Assembly: GCA_964013535.1 (NCBI GenBank) | Contig: CAXGWS010000004.1 | Location: forward strand, 22,854 to 86,853 | Length of the DNA: 64,000 nucleotides | Reading direction: 5' to 3' | From: an uncultured Candidatus Poseidoniales archaeon | GTDB taxonomy: Archaea > Thermoplasmatota > Poseidoniia > Poseidoniales > Poseidoniaceae | In this document: positions 52,398 through 61,816 of the stretch, in pieces | How positions within the stretch are numbered: position 1 is the first letter of the stretch | Layout: each line of letters starts with the position of its first letter | Program-made: the position numbers and the translations under genes | The notes under the pieces: generated by a model | Told to the model about the DNA's origin: nothing | What the model saw: only the letters and a program-made list of their open reading frames with translations | Databases searched by the model: none

Positions 52398-53765
52398 CTA
52401 AAACATCAGGGTCTTGAACATAAACCATGGTGAGTGTAGGTTTTCTTGAGCTTCTTTAGAAGCGATCATTTCTGTCATCATCTCTTGGATTTGAGGCTTC
52501 TTACTCGCCTTGCCGACAAACCAATTCAGCAACCACTTCTTACGACTTAATTTCTGCATACGATAAGAATTAGTCAATTCGGGCCCTAACATCTTCCACA
52601 TTTCGGCTTGGTATTCTTCAGGTGATTTACCAGCGATAATGTGCTGAGCGGCTAACTCTCCGGTGACTAGCGCGTTTCCAACACCTTCACCTGAAAAGGG
52701 GTCAACCAGTGACGCTGAGTCGCCTACTAAGCGGATTCCATTCATACTCGCTCTGCGTGGTTGATTCTTTTCCTTTTTCCGCGGCGAGCCAAATGGCAGT
52801 GCCCAACCTCTGCCACTGCCTCTTATCATCTCAGCTTCTGCGAATCGCTCTTTGAACATCGGATGATTTTCAATAACATCCTTTTGTAGCGCACGGAGTT
52901 TTTTCTTTTCCTTTTTCAATAGACTGACAACCATGCCAATTCCAACATTTACTACATCCTCGGAAACGGGGAAAATCCAGAAATATCCTGGTACAACGGA
53001 GTCTACAAAGTGAATTTCTATGTCTCCAACTCCATCACCGCATCCCTTGACATTACGCCAATATTCTCGGTAACCATCGCAGAAATGCGTGTTGTCAATC
53101 AATTCTTCCTCGAACGAATCACGAACAACGGCTTTTGCAACAGGGCATTGATATCCTGCAGCGCCAACAATTTCTGTTGAGTAATAGGTTCTTTCTTCAC
53201 CTTTGCGGCCGCCAATTTTGACAGTTACTCCCTTGGCATGGCGGAGAGCACCACTACCATTCCCTGGGTCGATTCCACCTTTGCCGTCATCGAACAAAAC
53301 CCCCGTAACCAAACAATCTTGGATAACTTTTCCACCATTGTCTCTTACTAATTGTTGACACCTGTCAAATAACAAGTGATCAAATTGCTTCCTTGGTAGT
53401 GAGTATCCAGCTTCAAGTCGTTGAACGTCTTCTTCTGGCAAAGCAACTCTGACGGTGTTCCCTTTTGGCGAAGAGAATTTTATTCCAGTCACACGGAAGT
53501 GTGGTGATTTCTCCAAGGTTTCTTTTACCCCTAATGCTTTGACATGGCCGAGTGATTTACCACCAACAGCATCGCCACAAATTTTGTCTCTTGGCCACAA
53601 GCCCTTTTCGAGTAATAAAACGGATTTGCCCGCCATGGCCAGATAGCCTGCTGCGGAAGAACCACCCGGGCCACCTCCGACAACTATAGCATCAAATTCC
53701 TGATTGGTTGGAGGTATTTCACCAGTGTCTATTGGCAACTCCCACGAATTTGCTGATTGAGCCAT
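52398..53765 (-). CDS. Geranylgeranyl reductase family flavoprotein
   Basis: GGGPGG, PRDKICGDA, RKQFD, PGYFWIFP and GDSASLVDPFSGEGV motifs. Confidence 0.9.
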   Translation of the reverse strand: MAQSANSWELPIDTGEIPPTNQEFDAIVVGGGPGGSSAAGYLAMAGKSVLLLEKGLWPRDKICGDAVGGKSLGHVKALGVKETLEKSPHFRVTGIKFSSPKGNTVRVALPEEDVQRLEAGYSLPRKQFDHLLFDRCQQLVRDNGGKVIQDCLVTGVLFDDGKGGIDPGNGSGALRHAKGVTVKIGGRKGEERTYYSTEIVGAAGYQCPVAKAVVRDSFEEELIDNTHFCDGYREYWRNVKGCGDGVGDIEIHFVDSVVPGYFWIFPVSEDVVNVGIGMVVSLLKKEKKKLRALQKDVIENHPMFKERFAEAEMIRGSGRGWALPFGSPRKKEKNQPRRASMNGIRLVGDSASLVDPFSGEGVGNALVTGELAAQHIIAGKSPEEYQAEMWKMLGPELTNSYRMQKLSRKKWLLNWFVGKASKKPQIQEMMTEMIASKEAQENLHSPWFMFKTLMF

Positions 53766-53867
53766 GGGTTAACGAGTTGAAAGCACTCTTTGAGGCTTAT
53801 CTTTCAAATGGTCGGTTCCATCTGATTTGACCACCATCATAATGCACTCGAAATTATTGGCAATATC

Positions 53868-54890
53868 ATGTCCGATGGCCAGTTTGTTCAGTCATCGGAT
53901 ATACTCGAGAGTACAGATAAACAAAGAAAAATAGCGATTTTGGCCTTACTTGCTGTGACCTTAGTCTGGGGCGCTACTTTCATTTGGATGAAACAGGCTT
54001 TAGATTCACTGGATGAGCAAAAGGCAGCATTTGGGACAAATGGCGTAGTTGCAACCCTTGTTTTCGCTCGTTTTGCAATAGCAGCACTCATGATGCTCGC
54101 CTTCTTCAATAAAGCACGTACATCCCTTATTGATCGTCAAATCTGGCAAGACGGCATAGTATTAGGGGTGTTGATGTACATTGCTTACTTATCGCAGATG
54201 ATTGGTCTTGATGATATAGATCCTTCAGTTTCTGCCTTTTTGACATCGCTTTATGTCGTATTTACCGCAATTATTTCATCGATTTACAACCTTCGGCTGC
54301 CAACAAAGGTAATGATTTTGGGAGTTGGTTTAGCAACCTTTGGTGCCGGATTTATTCAAGGCCCTCCTCACTTAACTTGGGGTGTTGCTGAGTTCATAAC
54401 GGTGTTTTGTGCACTGTTGTTTGCACTTCATATTTTGTTCACACAACATATTACAACCCGCAGAGATCCCGTTGCGGTTTCCACAACTTCATTCATTGTC
54501 GTTGCTATTTGCTCAGCAATAACGGTATTATTTGTTGGTGACGGTTTAAATCCCGAACAATGGGGACTTGTCTTTTCTGATGGAGTTTTAATTCCAGTTC
54601 TATTGCTTGGTATTGGAGGTTCATTCTTTTGCTTGCTATTTTTGAATTTGTATCAAAGGTACTTACACCCAATCCAAGCAGCAATAATCTATGCATTGGA
54701 ACCGGTATGGGCGACAATATATGGGTTACAATTAGGGATGGTTGATTGGAGCATTTGGATTTTGGTTGGTGGCGGCTCTCTCTTCATTGGGAATGTAATA
54801 GTAGAGTTACTATCAAGTCAAAAAACCATGGAACCCAGTAAAAATTCCAAAACGCATCGTTCAAAGTCCTCCTCGTACTCGGAAGAATGA
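53868..54890 (+). CDS. DMT/EamA family transporter
   Basis: LVWGATF, RFAIA, SAFLTSLYVVF and IYALEPVWA motifs; about 10 TM helices. Confidence 0.9.
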   Translation: MSDGQFVQSSDILESTDKQRKIAILALLAVTLVWGATFIWMKQALDSLDEQKAAFGTNGVVATLVFARFAIAALMMLAFFNKARTSLIDRQIWQDGIVLGVLMYIAYLSQMIGLDDIDPSVSAFLTSLYVVFTAIISSIYNLRLPTKVMILGVGLATFGAGFIQGPPHLTWGVAEFITVFCALLFALHILFTQHITTRRDPVAVSTTSFIVVAICSAITVLFVGDGLNPEQWGLVFSDGVLIPVLLLGIGGSFFCLLFLNLYQRYLHPIQAAIIYALEPVWATIYGLQLGMVDWSIWILVGGGSLFIGNVIVELLSSQKTMEPSKNSKTHRSKSSSYSEE

Positions 54891-54899
54891 GGGGAAGAT

Positions 54900-56084
54900 T
54901 TGACAGGAGAAAAATCACCTAAATTTACTCGTTTCGCAAGCAAAGCAGTACACTCTGGAACCAATCATGTCGGGGATGCAGTAAATACCCCGATTTTTCA
55001 ATCATCTACGTATAAATTAACTGATGAGCGATACGCTGGGTGGGCTGCAGGGGCGCACCACGCATTGCTTTACACTCGAATAACTTCAGTCAATGCCGAA
55101 GCGGTAATCGACAAGATTTGTGCCTTGGAGGGTGCTGAAGACGGAGAGGTATTTTCCTCAGGCATGGCGGCAATATCTTCAACTTTGATGGCATTTCTTT
55201 CAACGGGCGACCACGTAGTGGCTTCGGCCGATGTTTATGGCGGAACTTACGGCCTTATGACTGAGGAATTCCCACGATTCGGTATTGAGGTGACAATGGC
55301 AGATATGACAGACGTTTCATCCTATGCAGCAGCTATACAACCGAATACCAAAATTCTGTACATTGAAACACTTACTAACCCTGTGTTGAAGGTTTGCGAC
55401 ATTGAAGCGATGGCATCCTTAGCTAAGGAACACAATCTTCTGTGCATAATCGACAATACATTTGCATCACCGTGGGCGTGCAATCCACTCACACTCGGTG
55501 CGGACCTCGTTATTCACTCGACGACAAAGTATCTTGGTGGCCATTCAGATATAATTGGAGGAGCTGTAGTCGGCTCAAGGGAGCACATTGAGAACATATT
55601 CCACCGAAAGGTACACTTTGGAGGTAATGCGGATCCTAATTCATGTTTCCTTCTTGAGCGCGGAATGCGAACACTACATGTCAGGATGCCGCAGATTTGC
55701 GATAACGCGGCTGAATTAGCCAAACGTCTTGATGCTCACCCGTTGATTGAGCGAGTCAACCATCCAACTTTACCTTCTCATCCACAATTTGAAGTGGCTC
55801 AGCGAATTATTCCAAGAGGAACTGGTATGATTGGATTTGTGGTCAAAGGTGGGGACGATGCAGCTCTTTCGTTCATGCGAGGTCTTGAGATGATTTACGA
55901 AGCAACGAGTCTCGGGGGAGTTGAATCTTTAGTCGAATGCCCATTCAACTCTAGTCACATGATGATTCCTGAGGATGTTAGACATGCTGCAGGTTTAGTT
56001 CCCGGCTATGTTCGTATGAGTATTGGAATCGAGGATATTGAGGATCTTTGGGCAGATATTGAGAGAGGTTTTGCCAATATCTAA
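54900..56084 (+). CDS. PLP-dependent Cys/Met metabolism enzyme (methionine gamma-lyase / cystathionine gamma-synthase family)
   Basis: PIFQSSTY, FSSGMAAI, ETLTNP, DNTFASP, HSTTKYLGGHSD (PLP Lys), SLGGVESL and RMSIGIED motifs. Confidence 0.92.
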   Translation: MTGEKSPKFTRFASKAVHSGTNHVGDAVNTPIFQSSTYKLTDERYAGWAAGAHHALLYTRITSVNAEAVIDKICALEGAEDGEVFSSGMAAISSTLMAFLSTGDHVVASADVYGGTYGLMTEEFPRFGIEVTMADMTDVSSYAAAIQPNTKILYIETLTNPVLKVCDIEAMASLAKEHNLLCIIDNTFASPWACNPLTLGADLVIHSTTKYLGGHSDIIGGAVVGSREHIENIFHRKVHFGGNADPNSCFLLERGMRTLHVRMPQICDNAAELAKRLDAHPLIERVNHPTLPSHPQFEVAQRIIPRGTGMIGFVVKGGDDAALSFMRGLEMIYEATSLGGVESLVECPFNSSHMMIPEDVRHAAGLVPGYVRMSIGIEDIEDLWADIERGFANI

Positions 56085-56085
56085 A

Positions 56086-57834
56086 TCAAGATTCTCCAGT
56101 ATCTTGTTTCAACTGAGTTAATTGTTCAAACCATTGATTTTGCAATTTTTCCACTTCATTATCATCGGCACTGAGTAAGGCTTTACCAGTCTCAAGTAGA
56201 TATTTCGTGGTAGTCATCCATGCGCTGGCCTTGTTTCTTGCATCACTATCGAAGTGCCATTCTTGCCCAGATGAACGGTCAGCTGCTAGCAACCACGCCC
56301 ATGCGGCCGCGGCTTCTGAAATTGTAGAATGTCTTGAGGTCGCTAAGCGCTCAGCCTTGCCTAGACCCTCTAGTAAACCAACCCGAATTAGATCAGTAAT
56401 GTGCCCACACGCGCCCGATAACTCACCCTGTTTGGTGGGTATTAGCGAAGATAATTTGGCTTTTTCTCGAGCAGAATCAAGGCTTTTTAGGAATTTTCCA
56501 AAGGGCTTTGGTTTCGTATTCTGCTTGGACCATATCTCTTCAGCTTCGTCGCCGTAAATGCCGATTTTTTCTAATGCTTCTAGACCGAAGTCCTCCCATA
56601 AGACGCCCAATACGTCACCGCAACTTGCTCCTTCGATAATTTCTAGTGAGGGGGTTTTTCGTTCCGAGGTTTCTCCACGAGTGTTTATTCTAAGTCCCAT
56701 GTCATCTTCGAATCCGGAATTGTAGCATGCGAGTAGAATGTGAGCCGTAAGCTCCTTCTCATCGTTAGAGCCGGCGGTATCACTCAGAGCGCTCTTGACT
56801 TCCTCAAAAGACTCACATCTATACCATTTTGAGTTGACAATCAACCCCTCATCAATAGAATCCAGCACCGAACGTCTAATTGCTTGGGCCACCATTCCTT
56901 CATTCATTACAAGTCCTTGCCACGCATCGAGTATTTTGTTAACACCTTCTTCGGCGTTTTGAGCCAAACCTACACCCTCTGGCCAACCTTGAGGAATCCA
57001 TTTAGCCTTAATATCAACAATTGACGGCAAGAATGGCGGTAGCATCGATAGCGCGAGATGCTGGATGAATGACGTGTCTTTTTTGTCGCCGAGTTCCAAA
57101 TCGTTAAATCCGATATACAGCGAAGCACCTTGTTTGAAAGAGAAAGATATACATTCGTTAGGTTGAGTATCTTGGGTGATACTTTCTATGTCGACACTCT
57201 TGGTATGCCAGAATTTTCTCCCATCCATTTCGGTTTTCTTAAAGTCAAATCTAGAACGCGCAACAACATCTTCAATCCATTCAGTAGGCGGAGAAGGGTC
57301 TGGTCCTGTACAAACAAATCCACCTTTCCACGAAAAGAAGTACATCCCCCGTTTAGCATGCTCTTCCCACGGCAACATGCGCAAGGTCACATTGGAGAAA
57401 TTTTGCAATCCAGCCAAATAACCCTGCTTCCCATCTCCTCTTCTGACGAATGATGCTGAACCAAATGATGGTGAGGAAAACTTTCCTACCGTGGTAAATT
57501 CTTCATCATGACAAGCATGCAATGAGCCGGCAAAAGCCTTGGCAACGGGATCTCCTCGCTTTGCCATCATTCGTTTTGAGAGCCATTTTAGATCATATTT
57601 TTTGGCTATTATCCTGTCTAATTCTTTCAGAGTTTTTGTCACTGGATCGGTTCTGCCCCAGCGCATTTTACCTTTCCACAACATTTCGGGAAGGTGAGCG
57701 TTGGGATTGTCCAAAAGCTTGGTTAAATCTTTCTTCAATTTTTTCGCAGTTGCTTCGTTTGCGTGTTTTGTACCTCGCAGCCGAACTCTTTGCTTTTTTT
57801 GTCCGGGGAACTCTACTTGTGCAGGTCTTGCCAT
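56086..57834 (-). CDS. Hypothetical protein, 582 aa, with a basic N-terminus
   Basis: Long uninterrupted ORF with a GAGGGG SD; no recognised family. Confidence 0.8.
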   Translation of the reverse strand: MARPAQVEFPGQKKQRVRLRGTKHANEATAKKLKKDLTKLLDNPNAHLPEMLWKGKMRWGRTDPVTKTLKELDRIIAKKYDLKWLSKRMMAKRGDPVAKAFAGSLHACHDEEFTTVGKFSSPSFGSASFVRRGDGKQGYLAGLQNFSNVTLRMLPWEEHAKRGMYFFSWKGGFVCTGPDPSPPTEWIEDVVARSRFDFKKTEMDGRKFWHTKSVDIESITQDTQPNECISFSFKQGASLYIGFNDLELGDKKDTSFIQHLALSMLPPFLPSIVDIKAKWIPQGWPEGVGLAQNAEEGVNKILDAWQGLVMNEGMVAQAIRRSVLDSIDEGLIVNSKWYRCESFEEVKSALSDTAGSNDEKELTAHILLACYNSGFEDDMGLRINTRGETSERKTPSLEIIEGASCGDVLGVLWEDFGLEALEKIGIYGDEAEEIWSKQNTKPKPFGKFLKSLDSAREKAKLSSLIPTKQGELSGACGHITDLIRVGLLEGLGKAERLATSRHSTISEAAAAWAWLLAADRSSGQEWHFDSDARNKASAWMTTTKYLLETGKALLSADDNEVEKLQNQWFEQLTQLKQDTGES

Positions 57835-57938
57835 GGTTTCCCCTCAAACTAACCCAATCACAGGTATGGTTTGAGTTCTTCGCGAGTCTGACTTAACCAA
57901 TGAAACAGATTCATGATGCAGAGTAATGTGGCCATAGC

Positions 57939-58784
57939 ATGGCAGAGGTCGTTTTGCTTGGAATCGCCCAAGACGGTGGCCGGCCTCAACCAGGGTGTAG
58001 TAAGCCATGTTGCATCGGACTCTCACCTGCTGAGCATAGTTATCCGACATCTTTGGGAATTATTGAACAAAATAAGTTACACATAATTGATGTAACGAGG
58101 CATTTGGGCGATCAGTTACAATACTTGGATAATCGTATTCCAAGCGATGTCTGGCTCACACATGCTCATTTTGGCCATGTCGATGGGCTGGGATTATTTG
58201 GGCGCGAAACAATAAATGCACGCGGGATAAATCTTCACGTATCCCAGCAAATGATAGAACTCATCGAGCTAACACCGCATTGGAAAATAATGCTAGACCA
58301 AGGGGTATTTGTGGTCAATGAAATACGAGATTCCCAACCCAAAGAAAGCGATGAATTTACCATGGTTCCGCTTCAAGTACCGCACCGAAACGAATTGTCT
58401 GATATGCATGCATTCGTTTTACGAGGGCCGAATAAATCACTTCTATACCTGCCAGACCACGATACTTGGAATGAGACCTTATCGATGCATAATGCTGAGA
58501 CAATAAGGCAATTTCTTAGTGATTTAGCCATTGATATTGCGCTGATTGACGGAACATTTTGGTCCAATAATGAATTGAAATCCCGCAGCCAAGATGTAGT
58601 TCCTCATCCACCAATTAAGCAAACCCTAGAAATGCTGGGTTACAAGCAACAAGGCGATCCAGACATCTTCTTCTTTCATCTAAATCATACTAATCCGGTT
58701 TACGATGAATGGAGCGAAGAACATACTCAAGTAGTAGAAATGGGTTGGAAAATCGGAAAGCAGGGTATGAAATTCAAACTGTAG
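57939..58784 (+). CDS. MBL-fold metallo-hydrolase, PqqB/PhnP-like
   Basis: LGIAQDGGRPQPGC..PCC, THAHFGHVDG, VPHRNE, YLPD, IDGTF, PHP and HLNHTNP motifs. Confidence 0.85.
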   Translation: MAEVVLLGIAQDGGRPQPGCSKPCCIGLSPAEHSYPTSLGIIEQNKLHIIDVTRHLGDQLQYLDNRIPSDVWLTHAHFGHVDGLGLFGRETINARGINLHVSQQMIELIELTPHWKIMLDQGVFVVNEIRDSQPKESDEFTMVPLQVPHRNELSDMHAFVLRGPNKSLLYLPDHDTWNETLSMHNAETIRQFLSDLAIDIALIDGTFWSNNELKSRSQDVVPHPPIKQTLEMLGYKQQGDPDIFFFHLNHTNPVYDEWSEEHTQVVEMGWKIGKQGMKFKL

Positions 58785-58796
58785 ATTGAAGTGGTT

Positions 58797-60899
58797 TCAA
58801 ACTTCAGCAATAGTGTAATCTAGTGAAACCAACTCAATCAAATAGTTCACTTCTTGACCATCATCATCACTTTGACAACCGGCTCCACCACCAGTCTCAA
58901 CAGTAACTCCCATGACTAAGTCATGATTTCCAATACCAATTCCTCCACCATCCAACATCATTTCTATCTGTGATTTGGTCATGTTGCTGACAGTGGTATC
59001 CAAAATTGAAGAATTGTGCCAGTTTAATTGGAACTCAAACGCACCGGAACTCGAATCTGATAAACTCAAATCTTGATGTGTAATACTTGCATCAACCGTA
59101 TCATCTTGCGGACCTGCAGCTAGGAAGCAACCAGGCCCACTGACCGTTTCATCGTCTTGGTGTTCTATTGTCACTAATACTCCAACGAGATTTAATTCAT
59201 CTAATGAATCATCAGCGCCATCAGAGTTGGCATTAATCTCGACAGTACCTCCATCTCCGATAAATTCAGAACCTTCTGCAATTTCATGGAATGAGTAGGT
59301 ACCAGTTACACTGTACGTACTGACCTTGTCAGAAGAATCGCTGGAGCTTGGAGAGAATGCTTGGTAAGATCCCTCAACCACTCCAACAAAGGCAAGCAAG
59401 ACAACAACTCCTATTGCCGCGAATTTGTTAGTAGAGGTTTCGTCTCGTGCAAAAGGATTAGCATATTTCCCAAACGGATTTGGATTCGATTCCTCACGCT
59501 TCCAACAATAAACAAAATGAACAGCAAAAGCGGCACCCATGCCCGGGACTGATGGAAAGACGTATTCTCCAAAGCCTAAAACAGTCCAAATCAAGACACC
59601 CAGTAGTGCAGCAATCATCATTGAAATCGTATGCCTAGAATCTGGCTCATAACCAGCCATCCTAATCAGAATTAATGGAACGAAAATACCTCCTAACCCG
59701 TACACTGCGAAGACGACAAGCGCGAAAACCGAATCGCCAAATCCGGGAAACTGTTGACCAATTAATGAAATTCCTGTTGCAAATGCGGCGATTGCAAGCG
59801 TAACTCTCTTGGTCTTACCATGGTCTTGATTCCATTCAGGTTTGATATCATCAGTTATTGCTGCCGTACAGGCCAATACTTGACTGTCCGCAGTGGACAT
59901 AGTGGCAGCAAAAATCGATGCCAAAATCACACCACCTAAGATTGGATTGAGGCTTTGAGCGAGCATTGGCAAACCTTCCTCGGCGTCCTCCGGAGCAAGG
60001 GTGCCGTCGAAAATAGCACGGCACGCCAAACCTATCAAAAACATCAGTGCAATAAATGGAGTTTGCCAAACAAAGAACCATACCATTGCCTGCTTTCTAT
60101 CTTTATCATCTTTCAAAGTCATAACTCGAGAAACAACTTGCGGTTGCCCAGCAACACCAAGTCCACCGAGGAAAAATGCCGCAATCCATAGAGTAGCTCC
60201 GAATTTTAATCCGGAGGGGTAAATATTAACCATGTTTGAATCGATTGTTGATAGAGAATCATGTAGCCCTGACAGGCCCCCAACTTCACCAAGGGCTACC
60301 AAACAAAGAATGGTTGAACCAACTATCATCACACAAGATTGTGCAGCATCTGTCCAAATAGAAGCACGGATTCCACCAGCATAACAATAGGCTACTACAA
60401 GAACAAACCCAATTGCGATTCCAGTAGTTTCAGGCCAATCGAGCATTGAGTTCAATGCTACGCCACCAGCAGTCAATTGTGCAGCAGCATAAATTGCTAA
60501 GAAAAATACCGAAAGCACTGCGGCAATTTTAGCTTCAGGGGCGCCAGTTTTACTAGAAACCAAAGACGATAATGAACGCAGATTCCTCTCACTACCTTCT
60601 TTTTGGATATATTTGTACAGCCACACCCAAGCGACTAATTGTCCTATTGTAGAAACAACAGCAATCCAAATCGCCGAATATCCTTGCAGGAAAATAAAGC
60701 CAATGAAACCAATGAACATGTATCCAGAATTCCACGTACTCACTGCAGACAATGCGGCTAGGGCTGGATGCATGCCTCTGCCCGCAACTAGATAATCATC
60801 AGTAGTGTCTTTTTTCACCCACATCGATGCAAGTCCTACGCCAGCAAAAATGCCCATGAATAACAGGAATGAGAATAAAATTAGAATTTCGTCAGACAA
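58797..60899 (-). CDS. Sodium:solute symporter (PutP-like) with an extra C-terminal extracellular domain
   Basis: YLVAGR, ALSAVSTWNSGYMFIG, GGIRASIWTDAAQ, GQPQVVSRVM and AATMSTADSQ motifs; about 185-aa acidic tail after the last TM helix. Confidence 0.9.
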   Translation of the reverse strand: MSDEILILFSFLLFMGIFAGVGLASMWVKKDTTDDYLVAGRGMHPALAALSAVSTWNSGYMFIGFIGFIFLQGYSAIWIAVVSTIGQLVAWVWLYKYIQKEGSERNLRSLSSLVSSKTGAPEAKIAAVLSVFFLAIYAAAQLTAGGVALNSMLDWPETTGIAIGFVLVVAYCYAGGIRASIWTDAAQSCVMIVGSTILCLVALGEVGGLSGLHDSLSTIDSNMVNIYPSGLKFGATLWIAAFFLGGLGVAGQPQVVSRVMTLKDDKDRKQAMVWFFVWQTPFIALMFLIGLACRAIFDGTLAPEDAEEGLPMLAQSLNPILGGVILASIFAATMSTADSQVLACTAAITDDIKPEWNQDHGKTKRVTLAIAAFATGISLIGQQFPGFGDSVFALVVFAVYGLGGIFVPLILIRMAGYEPDSRHTISMMIAALLGVLIWTVLGFGEYVFPSVPGMGAAFAVHFVYCWKREESNPNPFGKYANPFARDETSTNKFAAIGVVVLLAFVGVVEGSYQAFSPSSSDSSDKVSTYSVTGTYSFHEIAEGSEFIGDGGTVEINANSDGADDSLDELNLVGVLVTIEHQDDETVSGPGCFLAAGPQDDTVDASITHQDLSLSDSSSGAFEFQLNWHNSSILDTTVSNMTKSQIEMMLDGGGIGIGNHDLVMGVTVETGGGAGCQSDDDGQEVNYLIELVSLDYTIAEV

Positions 60900-60903
60900 A
60901 TCA

Positions 60904-61779
60904 TCAATCCTCCTCTACCCACCGAAGTAGTGCCTTATCTTCAACATCACTCGTACTTGCAGGGAAAACCAAACAATTCATTCGCCCACCTTTTTTTAAT
61001 TGTAAGCCAGCCACGTCAGTAGTGACGATCGATTGTTGCGGAGTCCCCATATCGCTGCAAATCACAACCGGTAGAGAGTAAATCTCAGCGCAAATACTCT
61101 CTGCGGCAGCAATCTTCAGTTGCTCAAGCACAGAATCATTCGGCAGGTTTTCTTTTACCTCAACTAGTTTTTCGGCCATTGCAATCAATGATACAACCGC
61201 ATCCTTAGGCTCCATAGGTTTCTGTTCCCCGGTCCCAGCACCAGTTGGGTCAAGGTCGAGAAGTGCGAGGGTATGCAGACCTTGCGCCCGATTAATTGCT
61301 ATTACTTCGAGCGGGGAAGTAGCAATCCAGCCGTTATATGGATATGTTATCGTAGTTTGACGTCCGAATTTGTAATTTGATAATCCGATAGCACCGGTCA
61401 CGAGGTTAGTAATTGAAATTCCGTGTACAATTTTACAGTCTATGCCTTGTTCAGCGGCTTGCATTTGCAAATCAACATGAGTGGTTGCTTGTAAAGGGTC
61501 TCCAACAACCAACAATGCAACGAGATTATCTTTGGCCAAACCAAGAATTTCTTCGGGGTTCTCAACCTCGGGCCGCATAACTTTCTCAATAGGTCCGATA
61601 GCATCAACCAATTTTGCCAATTCATCCTCTGACCACAACGCAGTATATGCTTCATACCTCCGGAAGTCAGCGACTTTAGCAGTCTCGATTGCTTCAGTAG
61701 TCATTGTCTCTACAGTTCCAGGCCCGATGCCGACTAGCACCAATCCGGTTTGTTTTGAGCCATTATTATCTTCCGCCAT
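60904..61779 (-). CDS. dph5: Diphthine synthase
   Basis: LVGIGPG, EAYTA, GDPLQATTH, HGISI, GLSNYKFG.QTTI and HTLALLDL motifs. Confidence 0.92.
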   Translation of the reverse strand: MAEDNNGSKQTGLVLVGIGPGTVETMTTEAIETAKVADFRRYEAYTALWSEDELAKLVDAIGPIEKVMRPEVENPEEILGLAKDNLVALLVVGDPLQATTHVDLQMQAAEQGIDCKIVHGISITNLVTGAIGLSNYKFGRQTTITYPYNGWIATSPLEVIAINRAQGLHTLALLDLDPTGAGTGEQKPMEPKDAVVSLIAMAEKLVEVKENLPNDSVLEQLKIAAAESICAEIYSLPVVICSDMGTPQQSIVTTDVAGLQLKKGGRMNCLVFPASTSDVEDKALLRWVEED

Positions 61780-61816
61780 GCTCAAACCTCAGAGGTGTTT
61801 GGACAGGGCGAAGCGT

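Noticed and set aside
61481-61816. 112-aa N-terminal extension of the Trm5 ORF
   Set aside because: It is the antisense read of dph5; Trm5-like sequence begins near ATG 61817.
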